In this document: piece by piece, positions 52,695 to 64,000 of the stretch
Layout of the letters: each line of letters starts with the position of its first letter
Numbering within the stretch: the first letter of the stretch is position 1
Assembly: GCA_951406725.2 (NCBI GenBank)
Contig: OX597835.1
Coordinates: 10,912,001 to 10,976,000, forward strand
DNA from: Octopus vulgaris
Lineage: Eukaryota
Direction of reading: 5' to 3'
Length of the DNA: 64,000 nt
Program-made: the position numbers and the translations under genes
Notes under the pieces: generated by a model
Told to the model about the DNA's origin: nothing
Seen by the model: only the letters and a program-made list of their open reading frames with translations
The model's database searches: none

Positions 52695-53616
52695 TATTCT
52701 TTTATTCTTTTACTTGTTTCAGTCATTTGACTGTGGCCATGCTGGAGCACTGCCTTTAGTCGAGCAAATCGACCCTGGGATTTATTCTCTGTAAGCCCAG
52801 TACTTATTCTATCGGTCTCTTTTGCCGAACCGCTAAGTGACAGTGACGTAAACACACCAGCATCGGTTGTCAAGCAATGCTAGGGGGACAAACACAGACA
52901 CACACAGACACACACACACATATATATACATATATATGACAGGCTTCTTTCAGTTTCCGTCTACCAAATCCACTCACAAGGCATTGGTCGGCCCGTGGCT
53001 ATAGCAGAAGACACTTGCCCAAGATGCCATGCAGTGGGACTGAACCCGGAACCATGTGGTTGGTTAGTAAGCTACTTACCACAGACATAGATTCTTAGCG
53101 ACAAAGGCAGACTTAATACTGCAAGGTAATATTTATCCCCACTTAAACATGGATGTTCTGTTAGAACAAACTATACTGTGGTAGATAGCGTGAGAGAAAC
53201 TCTCATATTGGCTTTTTGGTGCAAAATGCACTCTTGTTTATATTGGCTAGCAGGAACATAAATTCCAACCATCTCCAGCACTGAGACCATCAGATCATGT
53301 GATTTCAACCTTCCTTGATCTCATCAGTGATGGACACTAGAGATAGCTACAACTCATCTCTCCACTAGTTACGGGGATGCAAACACACCAGCATCAAGCG
53401 ATGTTGGGGGCACAAACACAGACACACAAACTTATGCACACACATACATACATACATATATATATACATATATATATATACTTTATTTTAAGCAGCATTT
53501 TCTGCTGCTTAAAATAAAGCATATTACTCTACCACTGGTATTTGAGTACTCTTTTTTCCACCTTGTTTCACATTTATGTGTTTACTCTGGTACATATATA
53601 TATATACACATATATA

Positions 53617-53647
<31 letters not shown>

Positions 53648-53817
53648 ATATACGACGGGTTTCTTTCAGTTTCCGTCTACCAAATCCACTCACAAGGTTT
53701 TGGTCGGCCAGAGGCTATAGTAGAAGACACTTGCCCAAGGTGCCACGCAGTGGGACTAAACCTCGAACTATGTGGTTCGCAAGCAAGCTACTTACCACAC
53801 AGCCATTCCTGCGCCTT
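52695..53817 (-). mobile_element. Two family B SINEs, the second interrupted by a hairpin element
   Basis: 52695-53085 and ~53365-53817. Confidence 0.8.
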
Positions 53818-54284
53818 AGTAACAAAACTATTTAGGAAAATTGTTATTTTCAAAATTGACTGAAACAAATGGATTTCAACAGAAATACGGAAATAAAAAC
53901 ATTAAGTGATCTGAATTATAATCTACCATCAAAATTTCATGTTCCAAACACTAGCATAATAAATTCTTCATTATCTCAAAAATTGATTGAGATCAGTGCA
54001 TTTCAAGAGGAATATGGTTAACAAAAGAGTTAATGGTTTTTAGTCGATTATTGTTAAATTGTAAAAAATTTATTCCTTCATCTTGATTCCTGCATGGCTA
54101 TGTGGTTAGGAAGTTCAATTCCAAACCAATATTCCAGGTTCAGTCTCATTCTATGGTACCACGGACAAATTTCTTCTGCTATAGCCTCAAGTAGACCAAA
54201 GCCTTGTGAGTAGTTTGCAGTGACAAAGACAGATAAGAATCTTATCATATATAGATACACACACATATGCACACATGCATGTGG

Positions 54285-54315
<31 letters not shown>

Positions 54316-54703
54316 TTATCACTATTTAGCATATGTGTTCTATGCTGGAATGGGTTGCACAGTTTGATAGGACCTGAGAGGTCAGAGGTCTGTGTCAAGC
54401 AGCAAGGTCTGCTTTGGCATGGTTTCCAAGGCTGGATGTCCTTCCTAATGCCAACCACTTTACAGGGCATACTAAGTGCTTTTTTCATGTAAAATACTGT
54501 AAAAACTTTGCCAGATCAGACTGAGCCTGGTGCAGCATCTGGCTCACCAGTCCTCAGTCAAACCATCCAACCCATGCCAGCATGGAAAGCGGACATTAGA
54601 CGATGACAACGATGATGATGAAGAAGGCTGTGAAGCAGCTGTAATCCTTAGGATGACAACTAGATTGACCTCTCATACCTCCTGACATATTATAGTTTAT
54701 ATA

Positions 54704-54749
<46 letters not shown>

Positions 54750-54751
<2 letters not shown>

Positions 54752-54920
54752 CGCAGGAGTGGCTGTGTGGTAAGTAGCTTGCTAAACAACCACATGGTTC
54801 CGGGTTCAGTCCCACTGCGTGGCATCTTGGGCAAGTGTCTTCTGCTATAGCCCCGGGCCGACCAATGCCTTGTGAGTGGATTTGGTAGACGGAAACTGAA
54901 AGAAGCCTGTCGTATATATG

Positions 54921-54955
<35 letters not shown>

Positions 54956-55162
54956 TTGTGTGTCTGTGTTTGTCCCACTAGCATTGCTTGACAACCGATG
55001 CTGGTGTGTTTACGTCCCCGTCACTTAGCGGTTCGGCAAAAGAGACTGATAGAATAAGTACTGGGCTTACAAAGAATAAGTCCCGGGGTCGATTTGCTCG
55101 ACTAAAGGCGGTGCTCCAGCATGGCCGCAGTCAAATGACTGAAACAAGTAAAAGAGTAAAGA

Positions 55163-55163
<1 letters not shown>
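54750..55163 (+). mobile_element. Family B SINE, young copy
   Basis: Very similar to the reverse complement of 57158-57564. Confidence 0.88.
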
Positions 55164-55199
<36 letters not shown>

Positions 55200-55829
55200 G
55201 TGTTAAACAATTGGCTGGCTATCTGTGGTTCCTTACCACATTCATAGTTTACAGCTTGAAAAAGAAGAAAGGTCATCTTAGTGCTCTCCAGTTCATTGAA
55301 GATTGAGGATTAAGAAACCATTCCTTATATTACAAGACACTAAGTAGAGCTTAACTACTTCCATTATTAATTTTCAAAAACCATCAATACCTGTCAAAGA
55401 CCAATCTTCCTTTTTTTTTTTTCTTTTGAAGTTTCATCAATGTCTTTTGTACAAATCAAAAGTCTTCCGCACAATTCATTCTCTCTCATTCCTCCTTTCC
55501 ATCCATAGCAATATTCTTGTTGTTTCTTTTTGTGTCTTATCATGTTCTGACCCAGAACTGCACTAATTTGTCTCTCTCTTCTTAGCCATTACTCCGGCTT
55601 GACCTTGATATTTGGTGCCAGTGATTCTCTTTTATAGATACTTTGGCAGGGTGGGGCTGGAGTAGATGGCACTTTAGCAAGAATAATCAGAACTGGAATC
55701 AAATAAACTGACGCCACACCATCCTTTACCTCCAAATGTTTTCATCATCATCATTATCATCATCATCATCATCATCATCATCATCTTCTTCTTCTTCTTC
55801 TTCTTCTTCTTCTTCTTCTTCTTCTTCTT

Positions 55830-56227
55830 TGCCCTTGCACAGCTTCTGACACTGGAGATGTACTACAGTGTCGGCTGTTCACTACCAATGAACTAAGGTA
55901 AACACCTCTTATTTTTCGAGCACCTTCCGGAGTATTCGAGCGATTCCAAGCAGTGCTGTTTTCTGCAAGTGCTCCACCCTTATTGCAGCCCCTATTTGCT
56001 CCACGTACTTCTCGAAATTTTTGCTCGCTGTTCCCAGAGCTTCGACAATTATTGGTACTACTACTACCTTTTTCATCGACCACAACTGCTTAACTTCCCA
56101 AGCTAACCTGTCATATCTCTCGACTTTTCTTTCTTCCTTATCACATGACTTGTTGTCAGCTGGGCATGCTATATCTATCATCCAGCATAATATGTTTTCT
56201 TTCTCAATTAAGACTATGTCTGGCTTC

Positions 56228-56228
<1 letters not shown>
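55830..56228 (-). mobile_element. 5'-truncated RLE-type non-LTR retrotransposon (R4/Dong-like)
   Basis: KPDIVLIEKENILCWMIDIACP...KVERYDRLAWEVKQLW...VVPIIVEALG...LQKTALLGIARILRKVL* is a restriction-like endonuclease C-terminus. Flanked by (TAA)n and (GAA)n/(GAT)n. Confidence 0.85.
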
Positions 56229-56276
<48 letters not shown>

Positions 56277-56475
56277 GTTATTATTTTATGTTTGACAACC
56301 GATGTTGGTGTGTTTACGTCCCCGTCACTTAGTGGTTCGGCAAAAGAGACCGATAGAATAAGTACTGGGCTTACAAAGAATAAGTCCCGGGGTCGATTTG
56401 CTCGACTAAAGGCGGTGCTCCAGCATGGCTGCAGTCAAATGACTGAAACAAGTAAAAGAGTAAAAGAGTAAAAGA

Positions 56476-56516
<41 letters not shown>

Positions 56517-56847
56517 AGATTTATATTTATATATCCACACTATACACATCTGTGTGTGTGTGGGGGTGTTGTTTTGGTAGTGGGGTTTGAAGGATGTATT
56601 CAAATAAGCGTTGTATCGATACAGATTTCAATAACGATTCTGTGATATTAATGAATATCAAATTGTTTTCAAACTCAACAATTAACTGCAACACAGAAAA
56701 TCTATATGGAATCTAAATGGAAATTATCAAAAACCATTTCGCTTTCTAAATAATTAATTAGTTCTCATCATCTCCATATTAAGTTATCAAGTTACTGTTA
56801 ATTATATCTTAAATCATTCTGGTACATCTCATCAATAATTTATACTC

Positions 56848-56919
<72 letters not shown>

Positions 56920-57114
56920 TGCATTGTTATGTATATAAATGTCTGTTTATGCAGCTTTAAGGGTTTTAACTCTTATTTTTAGCAATATAGGTGCCATTCA
57001 GCCCCCCCCCTCAGTCACAATTACTGACGACTATTTTTTTCTTTATAGTCTTATATTGTGTGTAGCTGCTTATATTACTATGTATATATATATATATGTG
57101 TGTATATATAAATA

Positions 57115-57157
<43 letters not shown>

Positions 57158-57159
<2 letters not shown>

Positions 57160-57564
57160 TTTACTCTTTACTCTTTTACTCTTTTACTTGTTTCAGTCAT
57201 TTGACTGCGGCCATGCTGGAGCACCACCTTTAATCGAGCAACTCGACCCCGGGTCTTATTCTTTTGTAAGCCCAGTACTTATTCTATCGGTCTCTTTTGC
57301 CGAACCGCTAAGTAACAGGGACATAAACACACCAGCATCGGTTGTCAAGCGATGTTGGGAGGGGACAAACACAGACACACACATATATATATATATATAT
57401 ACGACGGGCTTCTTTCAGTTTCCGTCTACCAAATCCACTCACAAGGCATTGGTCAGCCCGGGGCTATAGCAGAAGACACTTGCCCAAGATGCCACGCAGT
57501 GGGACTGAACCCGGAACCATGTGGTTGGTTAGCAAGCTACTTACCACACAGCCACTCCTGCGCA
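57158..57564 (-). mobile_element. Family B SINE, young copy
   Basis: Matches the family B consensus. Confidence 0.88.
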
Positions 57565-57793
57565 GGAGGAAAGAGTGAGAGAAAGCTTATATATAAATAG
57601 TCAAATTTTCCCCCAAGAACTTAGTTCGATTTGAAAACTCCACTAGAACGGACGAAAGCGCTAATATATGATATACGATGTATAAAAGCATGTAATATAC
57701 AAATAAATATCTGTAAATATAAAACCATCCAAATTTCTGAGTACCTCATTTCTTCTAATATAAAATACCTGTACATCATCTCCAAACCTTCTA

Positions 57794-57846
<53 letters not shown>

Positions 57847-58246
57847 GAGGAGGAGGTAGGGCCATGTGTTACATTTTCAATCATACGGACGCCAGTTTTC
57901 CTTGAATGCCAAGCGATAGCTCACAGTTTGGTGACAGAAATCGGTCAGTTCCATTCATGGACAATTTGATATATTAAGTTAAGGTGGTGTGTGCGGGGGA
58001 AGAGGGCAGTGGGAGAATTTGGTGATTGTTAAGGATAGGAATAAAGGAATAATATCCAGGAGAAGAGAATAGAAACGGAAGCGGTGAGTGATTAGAGAAA
58101 GATGGTGGGGGTGAGGGGTGAGAGAGAGAAGAGGAAGGAGGAGAAGAAGAAGAGCGAGAAGAAAAGAAGAAAATGAAAGATGCTATGGAGATGAATACGA
58201 TGAAGAAAATGACAAATAGATAATGAGGAACAAGAGGAAGAAGAAA

Positions 58247-58294
<48 letters not shown>

Positions 58295-59154
58295 AAGAAT
58301 AAGATGGTAGTGAGGGGGAGGAGGAAGAGAAGGAGGGGAAGAGGGGGAAATGAGAGAAGAAGAAAAAGACTGGAAAAGAAGAGGAAGAAGAAGATTAAAA
58401 ATGAAGAAGAAAAATTAAAAAGAGGGGCTGAAGAAGGAGAAGAAGGAGAGGAAGATGTAAAACGATGAAGAAGAAGAAATGATGAAAAGAGAGGAAAAGG
58501 AGAGAAATAAGGAAGACAAAGAAGGTAAAATAAAAGAAGAAGAGGTGGGGGAAGAAGAAGAGGTGGGGGGTAAGAAGTGTAAGTGGTTGCTAAATGACAA
58601 CAGGAAGCTTCCTGTATAATTAAACAGTTTAATTGAAGGCCATGCTAATTGCTCCATCTCAGTTTACTCAATATATCAGTATATTTTGTTCAATCAATGG
58701 ATTCAGATCGGAATCATGAAATTCTTCAACAGTCTGTCCATTTATTTACCCATCAAAGAATGGTGGTGATTTTATTTATTTTTTTATTCACCTTAAAAAC
58801 TATCAAAATACTTGCTTTACCAAAAAAATTCCAGATATCAACGAGCTTCTTTAATTTCCAATCCAACCCGAGGAAAGCCAGGGAAACCTTCCATTTTATT
58901 TTACTTTGGAAGAAATAGATGCCTCTTAAAGCGCTGGTCTATCTGAAGCTTTTGCTCCTTATCCATCCTACTAATGACATCATCATCATCATCATCATCA
59001 GCATCTTCATTTAACGTCCACTTTCCATGCTGGCATGGGTTAGATGGTTGGACTGATGACTGGCAAGCTGGGAGGCTGCACTAGGCTCCAATCTGATTTG
59101 ACGAGGTTTCTACAGCTGGATGCCCTTCCTAACACCAACCTCTCTAAGAATGTA

Positions 59155-59565
59155 GTGTGTGCTTTTTATGTGCCACTGATAGGAGTGCCAGTCAGGTTGC
59201 ACCTGATTCAGTCAGTCTCGAATGGTGCTTTTTATGTGCCACCGGCATAGAAGCCAGTCAGGCAGCACTGGCATCGGCCAGGCTTGAATGGTGTTTTTTA
59301 TGTGCCACCGGCATGGGTGCCAGTCAGGCAGCACTGGTATTGACCACACTCAAATGGTGCTTTTTATGTGCCACTGGTATAGAAGCTAGTCAAGCGGCAC
59401 TGGCATCGGCCATGCTTGAATGGTGCTTTTTATGTGCCACCGGCATGGGTGCCAGTCAGGCAGCACTGGTATTGACCACACTCAAATGGTGCTTTTTATG
59501 TGCCACCAGCACAGGAGCCAGTCAGGTGGCACTGGTATCGGTCACACCCAAATGGTGCTTTTATC
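59155..59565. repeat. Tandem repeat, ~6 x 66 bp, inside a family D element
   Basis: Units at 59221, 59287, 59353, 59419 and 59485 begin aatggtgctttttatgtgccac. Confidence 0.9.
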
Positions 59566-59653
59566 TTACTAAACCAATCTATTAGTATAAATATGCTTTC
59601 TTTGTATTTTGACATGTGTGTGTGTGTGTGCGTGTGTGTGTGTGTGTGCGTGC

Positions 59654-59707
<54 letters not shown>

Positions 59708-60148
59708 ATAATTTTGGCGATGCAAGCAAAGACAATAGAACTCGAAACACGTGTATGTCTCTGTATTCTTTTCCTTGTTTCAGTCATTTGACTGTGGCCA
59801 TGCTGGAGCACCACCTTGAAAGGTTTTGGTCGAATGAACCGACCCCAGGACTTATTTTTCTTGAACCCGGTACTTATTTTATCGGTCGCTTTTTACTGAA
59901 CTGCTGAGTTATGGGGATGTAAACACACCAACACTGGTTGTCCAGCAGTGGTGGTCGCGGGGACAAACAAAGACATAAAGACATGCACACATAGATATAT
60001 ATATACATATTTACATATACAACAGGCTTCTTCCAGTTTCCAATCTACCAAATCCATTCAGAATGCTTTGGTCAGCCTCAGGAAGATGGAAACAGAAAGA
60101 AACCCAATATATGTATATGTGTATGCGAATGCACATGTGAATGTGGTC

Positions 60149-60197
<49 letters not shown>

Positions 60198-61744
60198 GTG
60201 TGTGTATATGATAGTGTGAGTGAGCTTGTATTTCTGCTCATCATTAAGTGTGTTTGCTGATTGTAAACAAATGCTTCGTTGTTCATACAGGTGAAGTCCT
60301 CTGCTCGCAGACAGGTGAAGAAGCATATCAAGGTTTCTTGACATCTGGTCGCATCTTTGTAAACCAAAAGTTCATTCACACAGTGTTATTTTGTTCCCAG
60401 TTCTTCACCTAAGCACGTCTGGGTTGTTTGTTGTTTGATAAACTTGAAGGTTATTACCTTGTTTGGAAACAAATGTGGGGGATGGCAGGTAGCGTCAAGA
60501 AGAGAATCTGACCATAGAAAGTTCTGCCCCCAACTTATTCTTGTCTGACCAGTGGCTATACAACAGAGGAGGAGATATAATATGGATATTTGCTAAGAGG
60601 AGGAAGTGGTGGCGGTGACGCCGCCGCCGCCGCCGAAATTATGCGACTAAAAAGTCATTGGTTGGCATTCATGAAACCAAGGAACATACCATTGAATTAA
60701 AGCAAAAGTCCTTTAACTCAGATCTTTTAAAGAAACCATTTTGACAAACATGATATTGAAACTTCTGTTATGAAATGTTTCTTTGTCATGGAAATATTAC
60801 TTATTGAACTTTATCTAAATTTCCAAGTTTCTGGATTATTTTCTTCATTTCCTTATAATTCGGTATGTTTTCTTCCATTTTCCCACTAGGGTACAGTATT
60901 GCAAAACTAACAGAACACTCTTGAAGTTTACAGTGTTCCCACTGCTTGCACACCAGTCAGTAATCCCTATCCCTATTTGCGGTAATGTTATGCATGAAAA
61001 TATTTAGATTTCATGCTTGAAAGTGGTGAACTTTAAGGATGTCTTTTCTTTTATTTGTGACAAAGTCAAGTTTTTATGTTGCTGACAATAAAAAAAAAGG
61101 GGGCGTTTTTACATGAAAAGGACCACCTTGGTATGTCTGTAACAAACTAACAGATGTGCGCCAAGGATGCTGTCTTGTCTCTCTCTGTTTTTTCTTTTTT
61201 TACTGTTGCTTCTATAATGGTTTCCATTCTTCAGAGGGAATTAGCTTCTTAACCCCTCTCCATCCACTCATCTTTTCATCTCTCGTCACTCTCTACATCA
61301 AACCCTCTTCATTCTCACATTATGCTAAATCCTTTCCTTCCAGAACATTCTCCCTCTGCTATCAACTCTCTCTTCATGTCTTTTGATGTATGTTTCGCTC
61401 TGCAATAGTTTAGATGAAACATTAACACAATCAACATCTCTAGTCTCAAGGGGTCATTTGAAATCAAGGGGACAGCCCTTTCCTCCAGGTACAAAAAAAA
61501 AGACTAAAAAAATATCCCTGAGTGTATGGGATCAGCCTTGCCAAACAATGGTTTGCAATGAGATTCCTTAGCCGTGTGGTCATCATTCACTGACCTCTCT
61601 AATAGAGACACTACATTGGGGTACAGCTACAAAAGAGAAAATTGAAGAATGACCAGTTAAGGTCTGGAAGAATTGATTTTGTTGCAGTTGAGATTCTGTG
61701 AACCCTGATTGTCAGAGATCTTTCAAATTCTCAAATGCAACATA

Positions 61745-62130
61745 TGGAAGCACTCTGTTGGTTACGACGATGAGGGTTCCGGTTGATCCGAATCAATGGA
61801 ACAGCCTGCTCGTGAAATTAATGTGTAAGTGGCTGAGAGCACTCCACAGACACGTGTACCCTTAACGTAGTTCTCGGGGATATTCAGCATGACACAGAGA
61901 GTGACAAAGCCGGCCCTTTGAAATACAGGTACAACAGAAACAAGAAGTAAGAGTGAGAGAAAGTTGTGGTGAAAGAGTACAGCAGGGATCACCACCATCC
62001 CCTGCCGGAGCCTCGTGGAGCTTTAGGTGTTTTCGCTCAATAAACACTCACAACGCCCGGTCTGGGAATCGAAACCGCGATCCTATGACCGCGAGTCCAC
62101 TGCCCTAACCACTGGGCCATTGCGCCTCCA
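61745..62130 (-). mobile_element. tRNA-derived SINE (family C), full length, intronic
   Basis: Copy of family C. 13-bp TSD CAAATGCAACATA at 61732-61744 and 62131-62143. Confidence 0.92.
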
Positions 62131-62300
62131 CAAATGCAACATAATGAAGAGTAAAAAAAACAATTGAAACCAAAAGTTCCATAGAATAGACCAATTCTGC
62201 AGACACCATTTCTGCAGACCATGTTGTCATGGAAACCAAAACAATTCCTTAGATAAGGATAGAGTTGTTGATAAAAAAGGAAACTTTTCAACCAAATTAC

Positions 62301-62474
62301 CTGTTCTGCCATCATTGAATGCTATCATCTGACCTTTCGGATGATGTGGGTTATACCAAATGATAAATTCCTTCAAGACATCATCATAGACTGTGTCTTT
62401 GGTTATAATATCAATTGGAGACTGGTGATTCCCTGCAGCACAAATATTATAGTTTGCATGCCAGGTGTGAATGC
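62301..62474 (-). CDS. alpha-carbonic anhydrase, first coding exon visible in the window (upstream exon(s) outside window)
   Basis: Manual translation, absent from the ORF track: (G)IHTWHANYNICAAGNHQSPIDIITKDTVYDDVLKEFIIWYNPHHPKGQMIAFNDGRT(V). It contains the alpha-CA W..Y..C...QSPIDI motif and an NNGHT-like motif. Acceptor tttttcag, donor GTAATT, 174 nt, phase 1/1. Confidence 0.93.
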
Positions 62475-62718
62475 CTGAAAAATACGTAAAGGCCCATTGA
62501 ATTTATCATTATCATCATCATCATCATCATAATTATTATCATTATTAATATTATTTCTATTGTAGGTACAGGGCTGAAATTTTTGTGGGGTGAAGTAGCA
62601 GGATGGGGGTGGGAACTATACTAGAAAGAACTATATATACATATATGAATATGTGTATAAATATATATACATATATATAAATATATATATACATATAAAT
62701 GTATATATATATATATGA

Positions 62719-62823
<105 letters not shown>

Positions 62824-62999
62824 TATTTACACAAATACATATTCACTCACACACACATACACAATCAGATGCCAAATGAATTCAGCAGTTTGTTTGCTAG
62901 CTAATTAGTGCTCAAGTGGTTGATAGCATATTTAATATACTTGGATGAAAATATTAATGTAGGATCAAATTAGCCTTCAGTTTGATTCAATGCATTACT

Positions 63000-63061
<62 letters not shown>

Positions 63062-63162
63062 GTCTACTTTACATCATTATTGATTTCACTAATTCAATCA
63101 ACAACATCCCACTATCTTATAAAAGCAAGTAAAATATATTGAAATGATAAGACCAGCAGTAA

Positions 63163-63179
63163 GAATAATAATAATAATG

Positions 63180-63215
<36 letters not shown>

Positions 63216-63515
63216 GTAATAATAATAATAATAATGATAATAATAATAATATTAATAATAATAATGATGACGATGATGATGATAAAAATAATAATAATGA
63301 TAATAATAATAATAATGATAATAATAATAATAATGATAATAATAATAATAATGATAATGATGATGATAATAATAATAATAATAATAATAGTAATAATAAT
63401 AATAATAATAATAATAGTAATAAAGATAATAATGATAAAAATAATAATAATGATAATAATAGCAATAATAATAAGAATAAGAATGATGATGCTAATAATA
63501 ATAATGATAACAATA

Positions 63516-63547
<32 letters not shown>

Positions 63548-63720
63548 GATGATAATAATAATAATAATAATAATAGTAATAATAATAATAATAATAATAG
63601 TAATAAAGATAATAATGATAAAAATAATAATAATGATAATAATAGCAATAATAATAAGAATGATGATGCTAATAATAATAATAATAATGATAATAATAAT
63701 GATAATAACGATAATAATAT
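63163..63720. repeat. (TAA)/(TGA) microsatellite with an internal duplication
   Basis: Direct reading. Confidence 0.97.
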
Positions 63721-63850
63721 TAAGGTGTGGGAAAAATGGCAATATTTATTTTATTTTCTACCCACAAAAATTAAGTAATTTAAACCAAAACAAACATCTT
63801 ACAATTTTATTAGAGACATGGAAAAGAATAAAGGAAAAAAAAAATAACGA

Positions 63851-63898
<48 letters not shown>

Positions 63899-63925
63899 AA
63901 GAAAGAGAGAGAAAGAGAGAGAGAG

Positions 63926-63986
<61 letters not shown>

Positions 63987-64000
63987 AAAGGAGTGTGGGA

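Noticed and set aside
55240-55300. MTFLLFQAVNYEC|gtaag as the CA signal-peptide exon
   Set aside because: It lies downstream of the QSPID exon (62301-62474), so it cannot be the first exon, and the flanking exons already join in frame.
59157-59585. Cys-containing 22-aa repeat protein
   Set aside because: A by-product of the 66-bp tandem repeat inside a family D element within the CA intron.

Overview
AT-rich, microsatellite-saturated animal genomic DNA. The SINE content and repeat landscape strongly suggest an octopus (coleoid cephalopod); this is inferred from recognition, not from a search. Almost all of the supplied ORF track is microsatellite or SINE noise. The one convincing gene is a minus-strand alpha-carbonic anhydrase. 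Six coding exons (62474-62301, 48118-47973, 47361-47266, 43237-43171, 42766-42606, 41739-41380) join in frame across GT-AG introns; the 5' exon(s) lie beyond the window end. The protein keeps all three Zn-binding His, has Arg at the His64 proton-shuttle position, a ~40-aa insert and a GPI-type C-terminus. The rest is repeats: several tRNA-derived SINE families (some with clear TSDs and swapped modules), a decayed hAT transposase, hAT/piggyBac/mariner MITEs, a non-autonomous Helitron, a 5'-truncated R4/Dong-like LINE, minisatellites and many long inverted repeats. The most unusual signal is a set of short elements embedded in (TA)n/(TAA)n tracts that carry minimal type-I hammerhead-ribozyme motifs of the Penelope-like-element kind. 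These include a U3:A8 compensatory core variant and a palindromic element joining a Pol III tRNA-like head to a hammerhead-bearing tail (candidate Penelope-mobilised 'ribozyme SINE').
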